DNA of 64,000 nucleotides from Acidimicrobiales bacterium (GCA_965216675.1 CBDCGK010000004.1:5071650-5135649), one strand, 5' to 3'; shown: positions 35,459 through 47,980, counted from the stretch's first letter. Notes: generated by a model not told the origin, from the sequence alone. Made by a program: numbers and translations.

Positions 35459-37483
35459 ATGAGACCAATGCGTATCGGGTGGGTAGGACGTTTTCGGCGT
35501 GCCGGGACTTCGGGTCCGGGCCGGACGGCGACCAGGCGGACGGCGAAACCGCGATCGGCGCGAGCCGCGGCCGTCGGGTTGGCCGTGGGATTACTGGCGG
35601 CGACGCTGGCCACGGTCGCCACCGTGGCCGTGACGGCCGCACCGGCCTCGGCCCACCACACCTATCCGCGGGTCGAGGTCATCGGCGGGGGCTGGGGTCA
35701 TCGCCGGGGCATGGGCCAGTACGGGGCGCTCGGTTATGCCAAGGACCAGGGCTGGACGTCTCGCCAGATCTTGGACCACTTCTACGGCGGCACGACCCAG
35801 GGGCCCGCTCCGACCATCGACAACCTCGACCCCGACCGGCTGCGGGTGCAGTTGGCCACGATGAACAACCGCAACACCGCCGTGACCCTGTCGAAGGGCC
35901 GAATGGTCCTCTTCGACGCGTCCGGCAACCGCCATCGTACGGTGACCGCGCCGGCGATGCGGCTGGTGCCGAGCGGATCGGGCTACGAGATCCAGACCGC
36001 AACCGGCTGTGGCGGCCCGTGGACCCGGTTCGCCGACGTCGCCAAGACGTCGATCGGGATTCGTGTGGAGGAGGATCCCGACGACCCGTTCGCCGCCGGC
36101 GACTGGATCGGACGCGACTCCCACACCCTGCTCGGGGTCTGCGGCTCGTCGTACCGCACCTGGTATGACGGCGAGATCTGGTCCCATCGCACCTCCTCCG
36201 GTCAGCGGACCGTCAACGTCGTGACCATCGAGCAGTACCTGCGGGGGGTCGTCCCCAACGAGATGCCGGCCAGCTGGCCGGCGGCAGCCCTGGAGTCCCA
36301 GGCCGTCGCCGCCCGCTCCTACGCCCTCGCCGGTGACAGCCGCTGGGGCTCCCACGCCGACACCTGTGACAACACCTACTGTCAGGTCTACGACGGCCGG
36401 GTGAAGGGTTCCAGGGTCGCAACCCACCCGAACACCGACGCCGCCATCGCCGCGACCGCCGGGCAGGTGCGGCTCACGTCGTCAGGGCGTATCGCCCGCA
36501 CCGAGTTCTCATCCAGCACCGGCGGCCATACCACCGGACCGAGCTTCACCCCGGTCGAAGACCTGGGTGACGCCACCAGCGCCAACCCCAACTCGTCGTG
36601 GTCGGTCACCGTCGGGTTGACCGGGTTGGCCACCCGCTACGGGCTCGGCCCGGTTCGATCGATCGAGGTCACCGAACGGGACGGCAACGGCCGATTCGGG
36701 GGCGGCGCCACCGAGGTGACGATCGTGTTCCGGGACGGAACCCGAACCATGACCGGCAACGCGGTGCGGATCTACTTCGGTTTGAAGTCCGACCTGTTCG
36801 ACTTCGGCGACATCGAGTTCGAGCCGTCACCGGAGCCGCCGGCCGACGACCCGTCTCCGCAGCCGGCCGACTTCGAGCCCGTCGTCGAGGCGATGTACCG
36901 GCGCCTGGCCGGGCGGTCACCGTCGGAGGCCGAGTTGGATCGCTGGTCCACCACGATGGCCGGCGGTGAATCCAGCGGCCGGCAGGCACTGGCCGCCGCT
37001 CTTGTCCGCAGCGATCACTTCAGCGGGTTGCTGGTCGACGATCTCTACCGATCGACCTTCGGCCGCAAGCCCGATGAGCGCGGCCGCGAGCACTGGATCG
37101 ACCGCCTCACGATCGACGGCCCGAACCAGGCCACCTACCAAGAGATCGGTGCATGGTTCTTCGGGTCGGCCGAGTACTACCGGCGGGCCGGCAACACCGA
37201 TGAGGCCTTCGTCGACCGGCTCTACGTCGACCTGCTCGGCCGCCAAGCCGATCCCGGTGGTCGCGACTACTGGCTCGGCGTCCTCGATCGAGGCTCGACG
37301 GCCGACGTCGTCACCTGGTTCTATCACTCGGCCGAGTCGCGTCGGGCCCGGGCCTCCAAACTCCATCGCATGGTGCACGGCACGAGTCCCACGGCAGCCC
37401 AGGTCGAGGCCGGAGCGGCCCTGCTCGTCACCAACGACGACCTGACCGTGGCGGCCGTCTTCGGAGCCGCCGTCAAGCCCTGA
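35459..37483 (+). CDS. Secreted SpoIID/LytB-domain protein with C-terminal DUF4214-like repeats
   Basis: Arg-rich N-terminus plus a hydrophobic signal ending APASA. The SpoIID pattern reads GMGQYGA...VVTIEQYLRGVVPNEMPASWPAAALESQAVAARSYAL...YCQVYDG. Two C-terminal repeats are of the type LY...GR.PD..G...W. Confidence 0.8.
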   Translation: MRPMRIGWVGRFRRAGTSGPGRTATRRTAKPRSARAAAVGLAVGLLAATLATVATVAVTAAPASAHHTYPRVEVIGGGWGHRRGMGQYGALGYAKDQGWTSRQILDHFYGGTTQGPAPTIDNLDPDRLRVQLATMNNRNTAVTLSKGRMVLFDASGNRHRTVTAPAMRLVPSGSGYEIQTATGCGGPWTRFADVAKTSIGIRVEEDPDDPFAAGDWIGRDSHTLLGVCGSSYRTWYDGEIWSHRTSSGQRTVNVVTIEQYLRGVVPNEMPASWPAAALESQAVAARSYALAGDSRWGSHADTCDNTYCQVYDGRVKGSRVATHPNTDAAIAATAGQVRLTSSGRIARTEFSSSTGGHTTGPSFTPVEDLGDATSANPNSSWSVTVGLTGLATRYGLGPVRSIEVTERDGNGRFGGGATEVTIVFRDGTRTMTGNAVRIYFGLKSDLFDFGDIEFEPSPEPPADDPSPQPADFEPVVEAMYRRLAGRSPSEAELDRWSTTMAGGESSGRQALAAALVRSDHFSGLLVDDLYRSTFGRKPDERGREHWIDRLTIDGPNQATYQEIGAWFFGSAEYYRRAGNTDEAFVDRLYVDLLGRQADPGGRDYWLGVLDRGSTADVVTWFYHSAESRRARASKLHRMVHGTSPTAAQVEAGAALLVTNDDLTVAAVFGAAVKP

Positions 37484-37573
37484 CACGCACCACGGCGACG
37501 GGACGCTACGATCGGAAACAGGACGGCGGCACGTCTGACCTGTACTTGGCGGTACCGAAGGATCAAAGCCCCA

Positions 37574-38620
37574 ATGACAGTCGATCTCGACTCCGCCATC
37601 TTCGTCGCCGGACACAACGGACTGGTCGGCTCGGCCATATGCCGTCGACTCGAACGTGACGGATTCCGCCGGGTCCTGACCGAACACCGGTCGCGCCTCG
37701 ATCTGCGACAGCAGTCCTCGGTACTCCGGTGGTTCGAGCAGAACCAGCCGTCCTACGTCTACCTGGCCGCCGGCACCGTCGGCGGCATCGGTGCCAACTC
37801 CAGTCGGCAGGCCGAGTTCCTGTACGACAACATGATGATCCACGCCAACGTCATCGAGGCCAGCCGCCGGGTCGGGGTGACGAAACTGCTGTACCTTGGC
37901 AGCGCCTGTGTCTATCCCCGGTTGAGCGCCCAGCCGATCGCGGAGTCGGAGCTGTTGGGCGGGCCGCTGGAGCCGACGAACGAGGGTTATGCGCTGGCCA
38001 AGATCGCCGGTGTGCGGCTGTGTGACTTCTACCGTGAGCAGTACGGCTGCAACTTCATCGCCGCGATGCCCACCAACCTCTACGGGCCCAACGACAACTT
38101 CGATCTCGAGTCGAGCCACGTCCTGCCCGCCCTCATGCGGAAGTTCCACGAAGCCAAGACAGCTGGGCGGGATCAAGTCGAGGTCTGGGGGACCGGATCG
38201 GCCCGGAGGGAGTTCATGTACGTCGACGATCTTGCCGACAGCTGCCTCTACCTGATGGACAACTACGACGAACCGGGTCATGTCAACGTGGGCACCGGCG
38301 TCGAGACGTCGATCGCCGAACTGGCCGAGATGATCCGCTCGATCGTCCACCCCGACGCCGAGATCATCTGGGACACCTCCCGGCCCGACGGTATGCCCCG
38401 GCGCTCGCTCGACGTGTCGGCGCTGACGAACCTCGGGTGGACGGCGGCGACCGACCTGGAGGCGGGGCTGACCCGGACCTACGCCTGGTACCTCGATCAG
38501 CTGGCGGCCGGTGGTTCCGCCGACTCATCCGGCCTGCGGTTGGGCGATGAGCGGCCGGAAGATGCGAGATCGGGCCGCGACCGGCCTGTTGTCACCGGCA
38601 ACGGGGTTCCGGTGTCATGA
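37574..38620 (+). CDS. fcl: GDP-L-fucose synthase (GDP-4-keto-6-deoxymannose 3,5-epimerase/4-reductase)
   Basis: Motifs IFVAGHNGLVGSAI, YDNMMIHANVIEA, LLYLGSACVYP and NEGYALAKIAG (YxxxK). About 35 extra C-terminal residues. There is an ATGA overlap with the next gene. Confidence 0.85.
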   Translation: MTVDLDSAIFVAGHNGLVGSAICRRLERDGFRRVLTEHRSRLDLRQQSSVLRWFEQNQPSYVYLAAGTVGGIGANSSRQAEFLYDNMMIHANVIEASRRVGVTKLLYLGSACVYPRLSAQPIAESELLGGPLEPTNEGYALAKIAGVRLCDFYREQYGCNFIAAMPTNLYGPNDNFDLESSHVLPALMRKFHEAKTAGRDQVEVWGTGSARREFMYVDDLADSCLYLMDNYDEPGHVNVGTGVETSIAELAEMIRSIVHPDAEIIWDTSRPDGMPRRSLDVSALTNLGWTAATDLEAGLTRTYAWYLDQLAAGGSADSSGLRLGDERPEDARSGRDRPVVTGNGVPVS

Positions 38621-39903
38621 ACCAGGCCACCACCGGGTCGCCGGTCGGTGAACCGGTCATCGAACCGGGCGCCGTGGCCCTCGTCCCTCCTCGGTTCGGT
38701 GACGGCGTGATCGGCGGTGCCGAGGCGGTGCTGGCCGACGTGGCTCGAGGACTCCGAGCCCGGGGTATCCCGGTCGAGGTCCTCACCACCTGCGCCCGCG
38801 ACCACTTCACCTGGGCCAACGAGTTCGCCCCGGGCTCGTCGCGGACCGATGACGGGATCGTGGTCAGGCGCTTTTCCACCGTGATGGCCGATTCGACGGC
38901 CGATCGCGACCGAATCGGTAACCGGATCCTCGCCGGGGACACGATCACCATCCAGGATCAGCAGCGCTGGATCAATGCCAGCCTCCGCTGCCCCGATCTC
39001 TGGCACCACGTCTTCGACCACGGCCACCGGTACCGGGCGCTGGTGTTCGCCCCGTACATGTTCTGGACGACCTTTGCCGTTTCGCAGATCCACAGCCGGC
39101 GATCGATCATCATGCCGTGCCTCCACGACGAGCCCCCGGCCCACCTCGACATCTACCGCTCGATGCTGGAGGGAGCGGGCGCTCTGTGGTTCCTGACCGG
39201 TCCGGAGCGGGATCTGGCGCTGTCACTGTGTAACCCTCCCCGTCGTCATGAGGTGGTGGGCGCTCCGGTGGCCCTGCCATCGTCCTACGACCCCGACGGC
39301 TTCCGGCAACGATTCGGCCTGACGGAACCGTTTGTGTACTACGCCGGTCGGCGTGAGTGGGGTAAGGGCTGGCAGGACCTGCTTGCCGCCTTCGCCGACT
39401 TCACGTTCAGCCGTCGGGGCGGGCCGGGACCGATGACGCTGGTGACCTCCGGCGTCGGCTCCGTCGCGCCGCCGCTGGGATGCGAGCAGGCCGTCATCGA
39501 CGTCGGCCTCCTCTCCGATCACGACCGCGACGGCGCGATGGCGGCCGCCTCGGCCTACGTGCAGCCGTCCGCTCTGGAATCGTTCTCGCTCACCGTGCTG
39601 GAAGCCATGGCGGCCGGCACACCGGTGGTGGCCAACGACGCCGGGGCCGTCGTGCGACGACACATCGAACGGTCGGGCGCCGGGATCCTCTACCACGGGT
39701 CCGCCGAGCTGGTGGAGTGCCTGAATTTCGTGGCCGACCGCCCGGAGGCCGCTCGGGCCCTGGCCGTCGCCGGACGTCGCTACGTGCTCGACAACTACGA
39801 ACCGACGCTGGTGTTCGACACGATGGTCGACACCCTCGACCGTTGGTTTCCCGTCGACCGATCCGGCCGACCGGCCGAGGACCGGGTGGAGGTGGCCGGC
39901 TGA
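38617..39903 (+). CDS. Glycosyltransferase, GT4 (GT-B) family
   Basis: The N-terminus GGAEAVLADVARGLRARGIPVEVLT and the C-terminal segment ESFSLTVLEAMAAGTPVVAND are typical of GT4 enzymes. Confidence 0.75.
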   Translation: MNQATTGSPVGEPVIEPGAVALVPPRFGDGVIGGAEAVLADVARGLRARGIPVEVLTTCARDHFTWANEFAPGSSRTDDGIVVRRFSTVMADSTADRDRIGNRILAGDTITIQDQQRWINASLRCPDLWHHVFDHGHRYRALVFAPYMFWTTFAVSQIHSRRSIIMPCLHDEPPAHLDIYRSMLEGAGALWFLTGPERDLALSLCNPPRRHEVVGAPVALPSSYDPDGFRQRFGLTEPFVYYAGRREWGKGWQDLLAAFADFTFSRRGGPGPMTLVTSGVGSVAPPLGCEQAVIDVGLLSDHDRDGAMAAASAYVQPSALESFSLTVLEAMAAGTPVVANDAGAVVRRHIERSGAGILYHGSAELVECLNFVADRPEAARALAVAGRRYVLDNYEPTLVFDTMVDTLDRWFPVDRSGRPAEDRVEVAG

Positions 39904-41372
39904 TGTCGATCCTGATCGTCACCCCCTTCGCCCCCTACCGGGACGGCATCGCCAGCTACGCCGCCCAGGAGCTTCGCCGGCTTCGTGACAGCGGCCAGGT
40001 GGTCGAGGTGCTGTCGCCTGTGCCGTCGGCCGCCCACCACCACCTGCCACTGGGTGGCGCACGGGGTGCGGCTCTGCTGGCCAAACAGGGCCACCGTCAC
40101 GATCGGGTGATCGTTCAGTTCGGACCGGAGCTGCTGTTCGGGCGATGTCGTGCCGCCGCCGAGCGGGTGGCCGTGTGGGCCTCGCTGGCCGCCCTGGCTC
40201 GGGCGACGAGGCTCGACCTCCGACTCCACGAGGTGGAGTACGGTGCCCTCGACCAGAACCCGGCCGAACGCCGAGCCGCCCGGCTCGTCCTGCGGTGGGC
40301 CGACCGGGTCACGGTCCACACCGAACCCGAGAAGGCCCGGCTTGTCGGTCTCCTGGGCGCCGCCGCTGAAGGCATCGAGGTGATCGACCACGGTCACAAC
40401 TTCGTGCCCGCCGTTACCTGCACCGGTGCCGAGGCCAAAGGCGAACTCGGACTGCCGCTCGACGAGTTCCTGTTCCTGTCGATCGGCTTTCTCCAACGCC
40501 ACAAGGGCTTCGACCGGGGTGTCGAGGCGTTCACGATGGCGGCGCTGCCCATGGCATCGCTCCACATCGTCGGCTCGGGGAGGGTCGACCATCCCGAGAT
40601 CGGACGCTACGTCGCCGAGTTGGAACGCATCTGCCGCCACAGCCCGGGCGTGGAGCTGCACAATCGGTATGTGTCCGATGATCAGTTCGATCTGTGGCTG
40701 GCGGCGGCCGACGCGGTGGTGTTGCCGTACCGCGAGATCTGGTCGTCGGGGGTGGTCGAGCGGGCCCGCTTGTTCGACAAGCCGGTCATCGCCTCGGATC
40801 TGCCTCAGCTCCGTCATCAACTGGCGGCCGACGGAGGCGGTGGCTCGATGACCGCTGGTGACGTGACCGAACTGGCGGTGGCCATGGAAAAAGTGTGGTC
40901 GGGAGCCGGCTACGGTCACCTGGCCGAGCAGAGCCCGTCGACCGCCACCGGTGACGGAGAGTTCCACAGCGGGGTTGAGCGCCGCCGGCAGGTCGCTCCG
41001 CTGTGGGATGTCGACGACGACGCGCCCGACCGTGAAGCGATCCAGGCTCAGATCGCCGCCCGAGCCCGCCAAGGCGAACCCGGCCGGACCAGCCAGGTCG
41101 CAGAGGTGCTCGCTCCACCGACGCGTGAGTCGACCGGAGACCGACCGTCGGCCGGGCTGCGGGCCCTCGGCCCCTTGTCCATTCCCGAACCGGTGTCGGC
41201 CCGCCCCGGTGTCACACCGGTGAAGCAGACCGTCAAACGGTTGACCGGCTGGCAGCTCGATCCGATGCAACAACGCCTGGCCGCCCTGCAGCAGGCCACC
41301 GTCGACGCGGTGATCGAGATGGAGTCTCGCCTGGAGCGGCTGTCGGAGGAACTCGATGACCGCACCCGATGA
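39903..41372 (+). CDS. Glycosyltransferase (GT4-like) with a long C-terminal low-complexity and coiled-coil extension
   Basis: From ATG 39903 (TGATG overlap) the protein reads MSILIVTPFAPYRDGIASYA... It has a GT-B-like core to about residue 330. A disordered stretch then ends in LDPMQQRLAALQQATVDAVIEMESRLERLSEEL. Confidence 0.7.
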   Translation: MSILIVTPFAPYRDGIASYAAQELRRLRDSGQVVEVLSPVPSAAHHHLPLGGARGAALLAKQGHRHDRVIVQFGPELLFGRCRAAAERVAVWASLAALARATRLDLRLHEVEYGALDQNPAERRAARLVLRWADRVTVHTEPEKARLVGLLGAAAEGIEVIDHGHNFVPAVTCTGAEAKGELGLPLDEFLFLSIGFLQRHKGFDRGVEAFTMAALPMASLHIVGSGRVDHPEIGRYVAELERICRHSPGVELHNRYVSDDQFDLWLAAADAVVLPYREIWSSGVVERARLFDKPVIASDLPQLRHQLAADGGGGSMTAGDVTELAVAMEKVWSGAGYGHLAEQSPSTATGDGEFHSGVERRRQVAPLWDVDDDAPDREAIQAQIAARARQGEPGRTSQVAEVLAPPTRESTGDRPSAGLRALGPLSIPEPVSARPGVTPVKQTVKRLTGWQLDPMQQRLAALQQATVDAVIEMESRLERLSEELDDRTR

Positions 41373-41679
41373 TGGACACGAGACCGCCGACCGGCTGGAC
41401 GATCTGCGCCGGCGGGTGGCCGAGCTCGAGGAGCAGCACCTGAATGCCACCGATGCCTTGATCGGGGCCGAGGCGGCCACCGCCCAGGCCCGCCGCGACA
41501 TCGACGACATCTTCCACCGGCTCCACGTTCGGGAGAGCGAACTCAAAGCGCTGAAGGAGGCGCTCGGCTACGAACTCGAGACACCGGTCTCAGAGATCAT
41601 CCCCACACTGGGTCGCCGGTCCGGTCCTTCGACCCGGCAGGCCCGGCGTCGCTCGGTGCGCTCACGACCCCGACGGTGA
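41356..41679 (+). CDS. Small predicted coiled-coil protein with Arg-rich tail
   Basis: 107 aa containing LDDLRRRVAELEEQHLNATDALIGAEAATAQARRDIDDIFHRLHVRESELKALKEAL. It overlaps the previous gene by 17 nt. Coding status is uncertain in this GC-rich context. Confidence 0.35.
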   Translation: MTAPDDGHETADRLDDLRRRVAELEEQHLNATDALIGAEAATAQARRDIDDIFHRLHVRESELKALKEALGYELETPVSEIIPTLGRRSGPSTRQARRRSVRSRPRR

Positions 41680-41685
41680 TCGCCG

Positions 41686-43365
41686 GTGCCGATCGAAACG
41701 CTGCGCAAGACTCTGCTCGAGGCCCCGGAACCGATCAGCGATGCGGTCCGGGGGCTGCGGGCGGCCTGGCGCCGACGGCGAACGTCTCGTGACCTGATCA
41801 GACGGGTTTCGGTCATCGTCGTCCCCCCGTCGAGCGCTTCCGGCACGACCTCGGTCTCCTCGAACACCCGGTCTTCCATCGCACGGACCGTCGATGCCAT
41901 GGGCGATCGCGAGGTGTCGGTCGAGATCGTTGCCGGCGACGGCGAATCGGAGACGGCGTTGTCGGGCCCGGGCGACCTGTGGCTGTTCGTCGTCGATGGT
42001 GCCGAACTCGACCTGGCGGCACTGTCGATCCTGGTCGAGGTCTTCGATGCCAACGCAGACCTCGACATGGCCTACAGCGATGCCGGAGCCGGCACCGGTT
42101 CCGATGCTGACGCCGGTACCGGTTCGAGCGACCTTGCCGCGGTTGACGCCGATATGTGGGGACCCTGGCTGCTTCCCGGCTTCTCCCCGGACCGCCTGGC
42201 CGATCAGTTCTACCTCGGTCACATGGTCGCCGTCCGCCCGCGTCATCTGCGGCCTTCCGGTGGGTGGGCGACGATCGACGGTGTCCGGACGGCGCCCGAG
42301 GTGTTGCGACCGATGGCCGAAGCGGCACGACGCGTCGCCCACCTCCCGATGCCCCTCTACACGCCGGCCCCGGATGCCGGAATGGGGGAGCCGGAACGGG
42401 CCGCTCGGCGCCAGACCCCTGATCTCACCGGGAACGACCGACCGCTCGTCAGCGTCGTCATCCCGACCAACGGCTCGACCCGTCGGCTCGATCGGGGCGA
42501 CCGCCGCCTGGTCGAGGTGGCCGTGCAGTCGGTGCTCGCATCGGACTATCCCCGGATCGAGATCGTGGTGGTCGAGACTCCGGGTATACCCGATCGCCTG
42601 GTGGACCGGTTGCGCGCCACGGTCGACGACCATGATCGCCCTGGACGCACGTTCACCGCTGTCGCCGATGATCGACCCTTCAACTTTTCCAACGCTTGCA
42701 ACCGGGGGGCTGTCCACGCCGTCGGAGAGGTGCTGGTCTTCTTGAACGATGACACCGAGGTCATCGCCGCCGACTGGTTGAGTCACCTGGTCGGCCATGC
42801 CTGTCGGCCCGATGTCGGAGCCGTCGGCGCCCGGCTGCTCTACGAGGACGGGCGGGTGCAGCACGCCGGTATCTGGAGCCGGGGCGGCCATCCCGCCCAC
42901 CGCTACGAGGGTTGGCCCGGCGACGCCGCGGGTTATCGGGGAGCGCTCCGGGTGACCCAGAACTGTCTGGCGGTGACCGGGGCCTGTCTCGCGGTCGAGC
43001 GGGCGAAGTTCGATCTGGTCGGTGGCTTCTCGCCGGTGTTTCCCAACAGCTACAACGACGTCGACCTCTGCCTCAAGCTGTGGGACCGGGGCTACCGCAC
43101 GGTCGTCGAACCGCGAGCCGAGCTCTTCCACTTCGAGGCCAGCACCCGCGATCCCGTGATCACCGACGATGACCTGGCCGCGCTGCACGACCGCTGGCGC
43201 CGGCGGCTCGACCACGATCCGTTCGACAACCCCAACCACACGGCGGAACGGTCGGAGGAGTGGCCGCTACCGGCGTCCCGTGATCGTCGATCGTCGGACC
43301 TCGACGTCATTCCCGAGCCGCGTTTCTGGCCGCTGGAGCCCAGCGGACGGTTCGGATCGACCTAA
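41686..43365 (+). CDS. Glycosyltransferase family 2 (two-module; the C-terminal module is the canonical GT-A)
   Basis: Motifs VSVVIPTNGS, FNFSNACNRGA, VLVFLNDDTEV and GAVGARLLYEDGRVQHAG. The N-terminal 240 aa form a degenerate second module. Confidence 0.8.
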   Translation: MPIETLRKTLLEAPEPISDAVRGLRAAWRRRRTSRDLIRRVSVIVVPPSSASGTTSVSSNTRSSIARTVDAMGDREVSVEIVAGDGESETALSGPGDLWLFVVDGAELDLAALSILVEVFDANADLDMAYSDAGAGTGSDADAGTGSSDLAAVDADMWGPWLLPGFSPDRLADQFYLGHMVAVRPRHLRPSGGWATIDGVRTAPEVLRPMAEAARRVAHLPMPLYTPAPDAGMGEPERAARRQTPDLTGNDRPLVSVVIPTNGSTRRLDRGDRRLVEVAVQSVLASDYPRIEIVVVETPGIPDRLVDRLRATVDDHDRPGRTFTAVADDRPFNFSNACNRGAVHAVGEVLVFLNDDTEVIAADWLSHLVGHACRPDVGAVGARLLYEDGRVQHAGIWSRGGHPAHRYEGWPGDAAGYRGALRVTQNCLAVTGACLAVERAKFDLVGGFSPVFPNSYNDVDLCLKLWDRGYRTVVEPRAELFHFEASTRDPVITDDDLAALHDRWRRRLDHDPFDNPNHTAERSEEWPLPASRDRRSSDLDVIPEPRFWPLEPSGRFGST

Positions 43366-44352
43366 CGACTGCTGTCGCCGAACGCGACGGCAACCAGCTC
43401 ACGGGCGGCGGCCGAAACCGACCGACGGCCATCGGCGACATCGGTCCGCAAGGCCTCGTGGCGGGCCTGGAAGTCGGAACGTCGGCCGATGTGGGCGTGG
43501 AGAAGGTTGCGCAGTTCGTCGTCCAGCTGCTCGATCGCCTGCCGGCTCCGCAGACGATCGAGTTCGCCTGCGGCTCGCAACCTCCCATGCAGATCGAACA
43601 GGGTGCGCCACAGCTCGTCGAGGCCGTCCCCGGTGAGCGACGAGCAGGTCACGACCGGTGTCTCGAAGCCGGGACGTTTCGGACGGACCAGGTGCAGCGC
43701 CGCCCGGTAGTCGACGGCGGTGCGGCGGGCCAGTTCGGTCAGCGCACCGTCGGCTTTGTTGACCGCCACGACATCGGCCAACTCCATGACGCCCCGCTTG
43801 ATGCCCTGGAGATCGTCGCCCCCTCCAGGGCCGACAAGCAGGAGGAACAGGTCGGTGAGGCCCGCCACCGCGGTCTCCGACTGTCCGACACCGACGGTCT
43901 CGACCAGCACCGTGTCGAACCCCGCGGCCTCGCACACGGTCACGGCGTCGCGGGTGCGGACGGCGACCCCGCCGCTGATCCCACCGGAGGGCGACGGCCG
44001 GATGAACACGTCGTTGCGGCCCATGAGGTCGGCCATCCGGGTCTTGTCACCGAGTATCGAGCCGCCGGTGGTGCGGCTGGAGGGATCGACGGCGAGGACG
44101 GCGAGTCGCCGACCCTGGTCGGTCAGGGACACACCGAGGCGGTTGATGAACGTGCTCTTCCCGACGCCGGGGGTTCCGGTGACGCCGAGCCGGAGACTGC
44201 CGCCGGCGTGGGGGAGGAGCTTGTCGAGCAACTCCTCGGCGGCCGCCCGATGGTCGTCGCGGGTCGACTCGACGAGGGTGATGGCCTTGGCCAGGGCCCG
44301 CCGTTCGCCGCTCAGGACACCGTCGGCGAGGGCGCCGACGTCGGTCACGGGT

Positions 44353-46496
<2,144 letters not shown>

Positions 46497-46612
46497 GACT
46501 TCAAAAGTAGACGATCGACAGCTCACCCCGTCGAACTCTGGGCGCCCAACCAGCCCGCCGAATCAGTGCTCGAATCAGTGACAAGGCGGTTGTGGGGCGC
46601 GAGAATCGCCAG

Positions 46613-47014
46613 ATGCCCGACTCGCCAGACGAGCCGCCAACGCTCGACGACTACGCCGCAAGCTACCTGGAGCTCTTCGGCGAGATGCCCGAGGTGCCGG
46701 GTAAGCGCTTCGAGGATCTCGCCGAAATCAGCCCCGACTTCGTTGCGGCGTTCGAACGGCTCCGAGCGGTTGGGTTCTACTCGGACGTCTTCGATGTCAA
46801 GACGACCCAGCTCATCGCCTTCGCCCACCTCCTGCGCGCTGGGCACTTCGCCGCCTATTGGCACGCCCTGGCGGCCCGCCGCGCCGGTGCCTCCTGGCAA
46901 GAGCTGGTCAAGGTGGTGGAGATCGGTGTCTCGACCGACGGCGGCGTGGCGGTCCTCAACGACGGGATCAAGGTGATCGAACGACTGCGACGGGAGGAGG
47001 GCGAACAGCCCTAG
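46613..47014 (+). CDS. Carboxymuconolactone decarboxylase (AhpD-like) family protein
   Basis: 133 aa from ATG 46613. The all-helical pattern FDVKTTQLIAFAHLLRAGHFAAYWHALAARRAGASWQEL is consistent with the CMD family. Confidence 0.6.
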   Translation: MPDSPDEPPTLDDYAASYLELFGEMPEVPGKRFEDLAEISPDFVAAFERLRAVGFYSDVFDVKTTQLIAFAHLLRAGHFAAYWHALAARRAGASWQELVKVVEIGVSTDGGVAVLNDGIKVIERLRREEGEQP

Positions 47015-47122
47015 TCCATCGAAGTCCGGGTCTTCCGGGTGTCGGCTTCACGAAGTTCGCGTGGGTGGGACCGCTGACGGGCGGCTGATCGACGACATGG
47101 GTCTCCACCACCGAGCACCTCG

Positions 47123-47980
47123 CTATCGGCTGGGGAGGCCGCCGGTCACGTCGATCACCGAGCCGGTGGTGTAGCTGCTGACCGGGGACAGCAGCCAGGC
47201 GATGGCGGCGGCCACCTCCTCGGCCGTTCCGGCGCGCCCCAGCGGGATGCTGCGTCGCCGGCTCTCCTCGGACAGCCACTGCTGGTAGGAACCGGCCTCC
47301 GGTCCTCGGTCGCGGTGGCGTTCCTGCTGGCGGGGTGTGTCGATGAGACCGACACCGACCGCGTTCACCCGCACCCCGCTCGGCGCAAGCTCGGTGGCCA
47401 GAGACGAGACGATGTTGTCGATGGCGGCCCGCCCGACGCTGATCGCACCCATGGCGACCGACGGCGTCCGGGCGCTCGGAGCGGTCACGGCGACGATCCG
47501 ACCGCTCGAGGTGACGAGCGCCGCAATGGCGGGACGGACGACGTTCAACAGCCCACTCACCTTGTCGTCGATCTCGGCGCGGATGTCGTCCAGGGACAGA
47601 TCGACGAGGCTCCCGTGGCGTCCCCGCCCGGCAATGGCCGCCACCCCGTCGAGCCGACCCCCGTGGTCGGTGGCCACCCGAACCGCTTCGGCTGCGGCCC
47701 CAGGCTCGGTGACGTCGGCCTCGACAGCGGTCAGATGCTCGGAGTCGAGCTCGGCCGCCGCCCGGTCGAGGCGCTGCCGGTCACGGGCACAGATCGTGAC
47801 CCGGGCTCCTGCGTTGAGCAGCAGTCGAGCGGTGGCCAGCCCGATGCCCGACGAACCGCCCGTGACCAGCACGCTGTGGCCGCCCAAGCCGAGATCGAAA
47901 CCTATCCCGCCGGAACTTTGAGCCGCCAACGACCCTTTTGCGGGTCGCCGGCGGCTCAAACTTTCGTGGGGATCGGTCAC
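47123..47980 (-). CDS. Short-chain dehydrogenase/reductase (SDR)
   Basis: Motifs VLVTGGSSGIGLATA, a central serine, and VRVNAVGVGLIDTP. GTG 47980 overlaps the upstream stop (GTGA). TTG 47887 is an alternative that gives a typical short N-terminus. Confidence 0.8.
   Translation of the reverse strand: MTDPHESLSRRRPAKGSLAAQSSGGIGFDLGLGGHSVLVTGGSSGIGLATARLLLNAGARVTICARDRQRLDRAAAELDSEHLTAVEADVTEPGAAAEAVRVATDHGGRLDGVAAIAGRGRHGSLVDLSLDDIRAEIDDKVSGLLNVVRPAIAALVTSSGRIVAVTAPSARTPSVAMGAISVGRAAIDNIVSSLATELAPSGVRVNAVGVGLIDTPRQQERHRDRGPEAGSYQQWLSEESRRRSIPLGRAGTAEEVAAAIAWLLSPVSSYTTGSVIDVTGGLPSR

Noticed and set aside
42088-42135. Imperfect 24-nt duplication encoding AGTGSDAD/AGTGSSDL inside the GT2 gene.
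   Set aside because: It is a short in-frame low-complexity duplication in a linker region and has no features beyond simple slippage.
46560-46580. Direct repeat GAATCAGTG-ctc-GAATCAGTG in the mutase/CMD divergent region, as a regulator binding site.
   Set aside because: There are only two 9-mers, and I have no associated regulator or conservation information. I noted it, but the evidence is too thin to make a claim.
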